This document shows positions 60,775 to 64,000 of a DNA stretch of 64,000 nucleotides, piece after piece. Within the stretch, counting starts at the first letter, position 1. Each line of letters starts with the position of its first letter. The translations under genes and the position numbers were made by a program. The stretch spans positions 32,001 to 96,000 of the forward strand of contig CAXXFV010000015.1 in the NCBI GenBank assembly GCA_963674595.2, read 5' to 3'. Under the pieces are notes generated by a model. That model saw only the letters and a program-made list of their open reading frames with translations. It searched no databases and had not been told where the DNA came from. The DNA is from a bacterium. Its GTDB lineage: Bacteria; Zhuqueibacterota; Zhuqueibacteria; Residuimicrobiales; Krinioviventaceae.

Positions 60775-61971
60775 ATGTTGGACCCCAAAGTTTTTTATCG
60801 TGAGCTGGATTCTTTTTTAGCAGCTATACGTATAGAAGAGTCGGACCAGGATTTTTTACTAAGAATGTTGTGTGAATTGGAAGTTAAATTTGGACCCAGG
60901 CTGAATTTTGGCAACAGCCGGATATATGAACAAAGAGGTGATTTTTTTGCTTTAATTCATAATGTAGATCCAAAAGATACTCCCAAAATACCGGATAAAA
61001 TTTCCACTAATTCGGACGTGGTCCAATTGGTTTATAAAAATCGAAGTTATATTTTTGACACTCTGGAGTTATGTTCTCCGTTTTTTAAGAAAGAACCTTC
61101 TGAATATACACGGATTGCTTCAATTTGGGTGCATAACCCGGAATTGCAGTGGCTCTTTGTTTTTGAGCTTAAAAGCGGATGGATACGGGAAGAGACAAGT
61201 TTGTTTTTAAACTCTGTAAGGACTTCATTGAACTATCGCCTCTTTTCGGATTTTATGGGTGTCCGTTTGGAGCAGGCAGCTCTGATTCAAAAAAGTTTGC
61301 TGCCTCAAAAACCACCGGATATAGAAGGATATGATATTGCCGGCCGATCTTCTCCTGCCGAACTTGTCGGTGGTGATTTGTATGATTATTTTATGTTGGA
61401 TGAAGGAAGTTTTGGCGTTTGTCTTGGTGATGCCAGCGGACATGGATTACCGGCTGCCCTTTTAGTAAGGGACGTTGTTATTGGTTTGCGAATGGGTTTT
61501 GCAAATGATATGCGTTTGTTACATACGGTTAAAAAATTAAATCAGGTTATACAAAAAAGTACCTATTCAACGAATTTTGTTTCTTTGTTTATTGGTGAAA
61601 TTGAAAGTGATGGTCATTTGTTTTATGCCAACGCCGGGCATCCTGCTCCTTTTATTGTTAAAGGCAAAAATATTGTAGAGTTGGAAGCCACCGGCATCAC
61701 TCTCGGTTTTATTCCAAACATTGACATTCACCGTTCACACGCTCATTTGGAACATGGCAGTGTGTTGGTTATGTATAGTGACGGAATTATTGAACGGACT
61801 AATAAAAAAGATGAGCAGTATGAATTGGAAAGATTGCATAAACTGGTTGTCGACAATCAGCAATTAAGCGCAAAAGAGATTAACCAGTTGATTTTTAAGC
61901 AAGTTTTTGAATATGGCGGCGCAACAGCCTGGGAAGATGATGCTTCTGTTGTGGTGATAAAACGGCTCTAG
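60775..61971 (+). CDS. PP2C/SpoIIE (RsbU-like) protein phosphatase with N-terminal sensory domain
   Basis: IQKSLLP, VGGDLYD, GDASGHG, NAGHP, YSDGI and EDD motifs. Confidence 0.9.
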   Translation: MLDPKVFYRELDSFLAAIRIEESDQDFLLRMLCELEVKFGPRLNFGNSRIYEQRGDFFALIHNVDPKDTPKIPDKISTNSDVVQLVYKNRSYIFDTLELCSPFFKKEPSEYTRIASIWVHNPELQWLFVFELKSGWIREETSLFLNSVRTSLNYRLFSDFMGVRLEQAALIQKSLLPQKPPDIEGYDIAGRSSPAELVGGDLYDYFMLDEGSFGVCLGDASGHGLPAALLVRDVVIGLRMGFANDMRLLHTVKKLNQVIQKSTYSTNFVSLFIGEIESDGHLFYANAGHPAPFIVKGKNIVELEATGITLGFIPNIDIHRSHAHLEHGSVLVMYSDGIIERTNKKDEQYELERLHKLVVDNQQLSAKEINQLIFKQVFEYGGATAWEDDASVVVIKRL

Positions 61972-63434
61972 TTCTTATTTTTCGGTGATATGGTAATAAC
62001 CGAAATTTCAGGGGGACATAAAAATCTTAACGGAAATAAAACAGTACCGATACCGCGTGTTATATATAATGCTGTGTTATTAAAATAGTGCAGGCCCTGC
62101 GTATATTTTCGGCCTATTGCTATACGCACTAAAATGGGGCCGATTATTGGAAGGTTTATTTGCCCGCCGTGTGTATGACCGCTTAAAACAATATCGATAT
62201 TATGTTTTTCCGCTTCTATTACAATGTCCGGGGAATGGCCCAGCAAAATTGAGAGTTTATTGTCATCAACCTGTTCTGCAAAAAGTGCAAAGGAATGATG
62301 GCTATAATTATAATCCAGCCAGTTTTCAGGATCGGCACCATTTGGCGTATTTTCAAAATTTTCAAACGCCAGCGTGTCGCCGGTTTCAGATACAACTACA
62401 AGATCGTCAAAACAGTGGTCGCTTTCTTTTGAAGACCATAGGCCAACCGTTCCGGATTGCAACCGGTCAGGCGAGTCATCATAGGCTTTTACCATCCATG
62501 TTGCAGGTTCCGGGGTGTTTGATTCCCATATTTTTGCTTTCATAACAGTTTTGTTTATAAGGGAGTTTACGTCAATTTTAAACGAATACCATTTTTGCGG
62601 ATCAAGCTGAATTGCTATTGTCTCGCTGTTGTCATTTACCGTTGTACCATGTGGTGAGAAATAAAAATCCGAGTTTTTGGTCCGTCTTAGACGATAATAT
62701 TTATCCAGTCCGTTTAAAAATTGCGAATAAAAGGTAAAACCGATGCCGCCTTTTTGCGGCTGTGATAGCCGAAATTTTCCGAAATAGGTATAATTTTTCC
62801 AGTTTTGTAGTGTATAATAATGTGAATAGGAATTTTTTAACGAGTTTCCGGATTCAAAAAATTTGTTCCCTTTGTCATGTACAAAAAAATCGACGACATC
62901 TGTTTTTTCAAATTCGGAAAAATCTGTTCCAAGGATATAGATTTCCTGGTCCGCTACTTTGATTTTTTGTACCTGATTGGTTAAAACATGAGCACCGATG
63001 GCCCGCATTTTTTCCACAAAATAATCACTATTTTCCTTGTCGTTACTAAAGTCGTTATTTCCCCGGCAAATGAAAATCCCGTATTTGCTTTTCATTGTTG
63101 CTACAATTTCAGCCAAATCATTCAGTATCTTTTGAAATTTTTCCGCTTCCGGATTTTCAAAAAGTTCCGATTGTCTAAAAAAATCCCCTGTGATGGCTAT
63201 GATATCCGGTTTCTGATCATTGACCATTTGTACCACTTTTTTCTCATAGTCGCTGAGTGCGGCAAGATGAATGTCGGAAATTTGCACTATTTTTATTTCA
63301 GAACTGATTTTTTTTGATGGAATGGTAATCCGCTCTATTACGATATGATGACGTTCAATATAATAGGAATATAAAAAAATGCAAAAAATTAATATCGGTA
63401 TCAAGACTAAAACATAAAGTATCCGCCAGTTCAA
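61968..63434 (-). CDS. Membrane-anchored YkuE-like metallophosphoesterase with inserted beta-sandwich domain
   Basis: N-terminal TM helix; SDIH, TGD, GNND, GHSP and SGHTHGGQ motifs; about 200 extra residues between GNND and GHSP. Confidence 0.87.
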   Translation of the reverse strand: MNWRILYVLVLIPILIFCIFLYSYYIERHHIVIERITIPSKKISSEIKIVQISDIHLAALSDYEKKVVQMVNDQKPDIIAITGDFFRQSELFENPEAEKFQKILNDLAEIVATMKSKYGIFICRGNNDFSNDKENSDYFVEKMRAIGAHVLTNQVQKIKVADQEIYILGTDFSEFEKTDVVDFFVHDKGNKFFESGNSLKNSYSHYYTLQNWKNYTYFGKFRLSQPQKGGIGFTFYSQFLNGLDKYYRLRRTKNSDFYFSPHGTTVNDNSETIAIQLDPQKWYSFKIDVNSLINKTVMKAKIWESNTPEPATWMVKAYDDSPDRLQSGTVGLWSSKESDHCFDDLVVVSETGDTLAFENFENTPNGADPENWLDYNYSHHSFALFAEQVDDNKLSILLGHSPDIVIEAEKHNIDIVLSGHTHGGQINLPIIGPILVRIAIGRKYTQGLHYFNNTALYITRGIGTVLFPLRFLCPPEISVITISPKNKN

Positions 63435-63473
63435 TTCAGTCCCTTTATAAAACTTGCTGTTATTTTTGTTATT

Positions 63474-64000
63474 TTATTTTGAGTACGTTCCCTGATGTTC
63501 GTTTTTTTTAATTTCTCTGACCAGGTCACTTGTCAAATTTTTATGTGTTCCATTGTGGAAAATATAAAGATTTTCATTCAAAACATAAAGGCCAAAAATT
63601 TTTCGATCTTTGTTTAAATAAAAGTCTGAATAGTTTTTTGCGGGTATATATTTATCCTTGAAAATTTCAGAAACGACCTGTTTTTTTTGTAGAGCAATTT
63701 CAGGATTTTCATATTTTATAATAAGCAGATGGACCTGTTCTTCTTCATTTCCATATTCGGCAAAAACCCCCTGAACGTTTTTATTATTAATGTCTAATAC
63801 ATCCTGATGTGCAAGATAGAGCACTTTATTAAGCGCCAGGACCCCATTTATAATGCCGATGCTGTTTGCTCTACAATATTTTTGCGGTAACAGAGAAAGC
63901 TGAGATGGCTTTTCAGAGCTTGGTGGGATTTTATTTGAAACAGATTCTGCCAATAATTTTAGAGCATTTTGTGTTTTTTCTTCTTTGTCATATCCTGTAA
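63474..64000 (-). CDS. Hypothetical protein, 5' end outside the window
   Basis: The reading frame stays open upstream of 63953 to the window edge (..TGYDKEEKTQNALKLLAESV..), so the track's start is not the true start. Confidence 0.7.
   Translation of the reverse strand, partial: TGYDKEEKTQNALKLLAESVSNKIPPSSEKPSQLSLLPQKYCRANSIGIINGVLALNKVLYLAHQDVLDINNKNVQGVFAEYGNEEEQVHLLIIKYENPEIALQKKQVVSEIFKDKYIPAKNYSDFYLNKDRKIFGLYVLNENLYIFHNGTHKNLTSDLVREIKKNEHQGTYSK

Overview
Low-GC bacterial chromosome segment from a diderm. It carries a PorU-like T9SS sortase, a beta-barrel porin, canonical sigma70 promoters and Shine-Dalgarno sites, which suggests (inference) a non-Bacteroidota FCB-group organism such as KSB1 or Calditrichota. 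From left to right: (1) a Wzx/Wzy-type surface-polysaccharide cluster on the minus strand (1-11626) preceded by an OPT transporter; (2) a housekeeping operon yggS-yggT-divIVA-lipoprotein-PNP-mtnP-ileS(type 2, GIHH motif)-dksA/traR-lspA; (3) a minus-strand run porin-fetA-fetB-rseC-porU plus a GH172/DUF2961 hydrolase; (4) tRNA-Arg(UCG) with a non-canonical A53-U61 pair; (5) a stand-alone mitochondrial-like (spd-type) EF-G1 followed by an uncharacterised RecA/KaiC-fold protein; (6) an approximately 18 kb, 11-gene signalling cluster behind a candidate sigma54 promoter, with four HisKA_2 kinases, an HDOD module, two hybrid kinases and receivers but no DNA-binding output, ending at the 3' end of tmRNA; (7) ssrA, a sugar-binding lipoprotein, fucI-ddl-dapF, a CHASE2 adenylate cyclase, rlmB, a PP2C phosphatase and a metallophosphoesterase with an inserted beta-sandwich. 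No CRISPR array, integrase or transposase was seen. The best candidates for undescribed biology are the signalling cluster (especially its small protein-HDOD-kinase triad and Cys4 output domain) and the EF-G1/P-loop protein pair. All calls come from motif recognition by eye; no searches were run.
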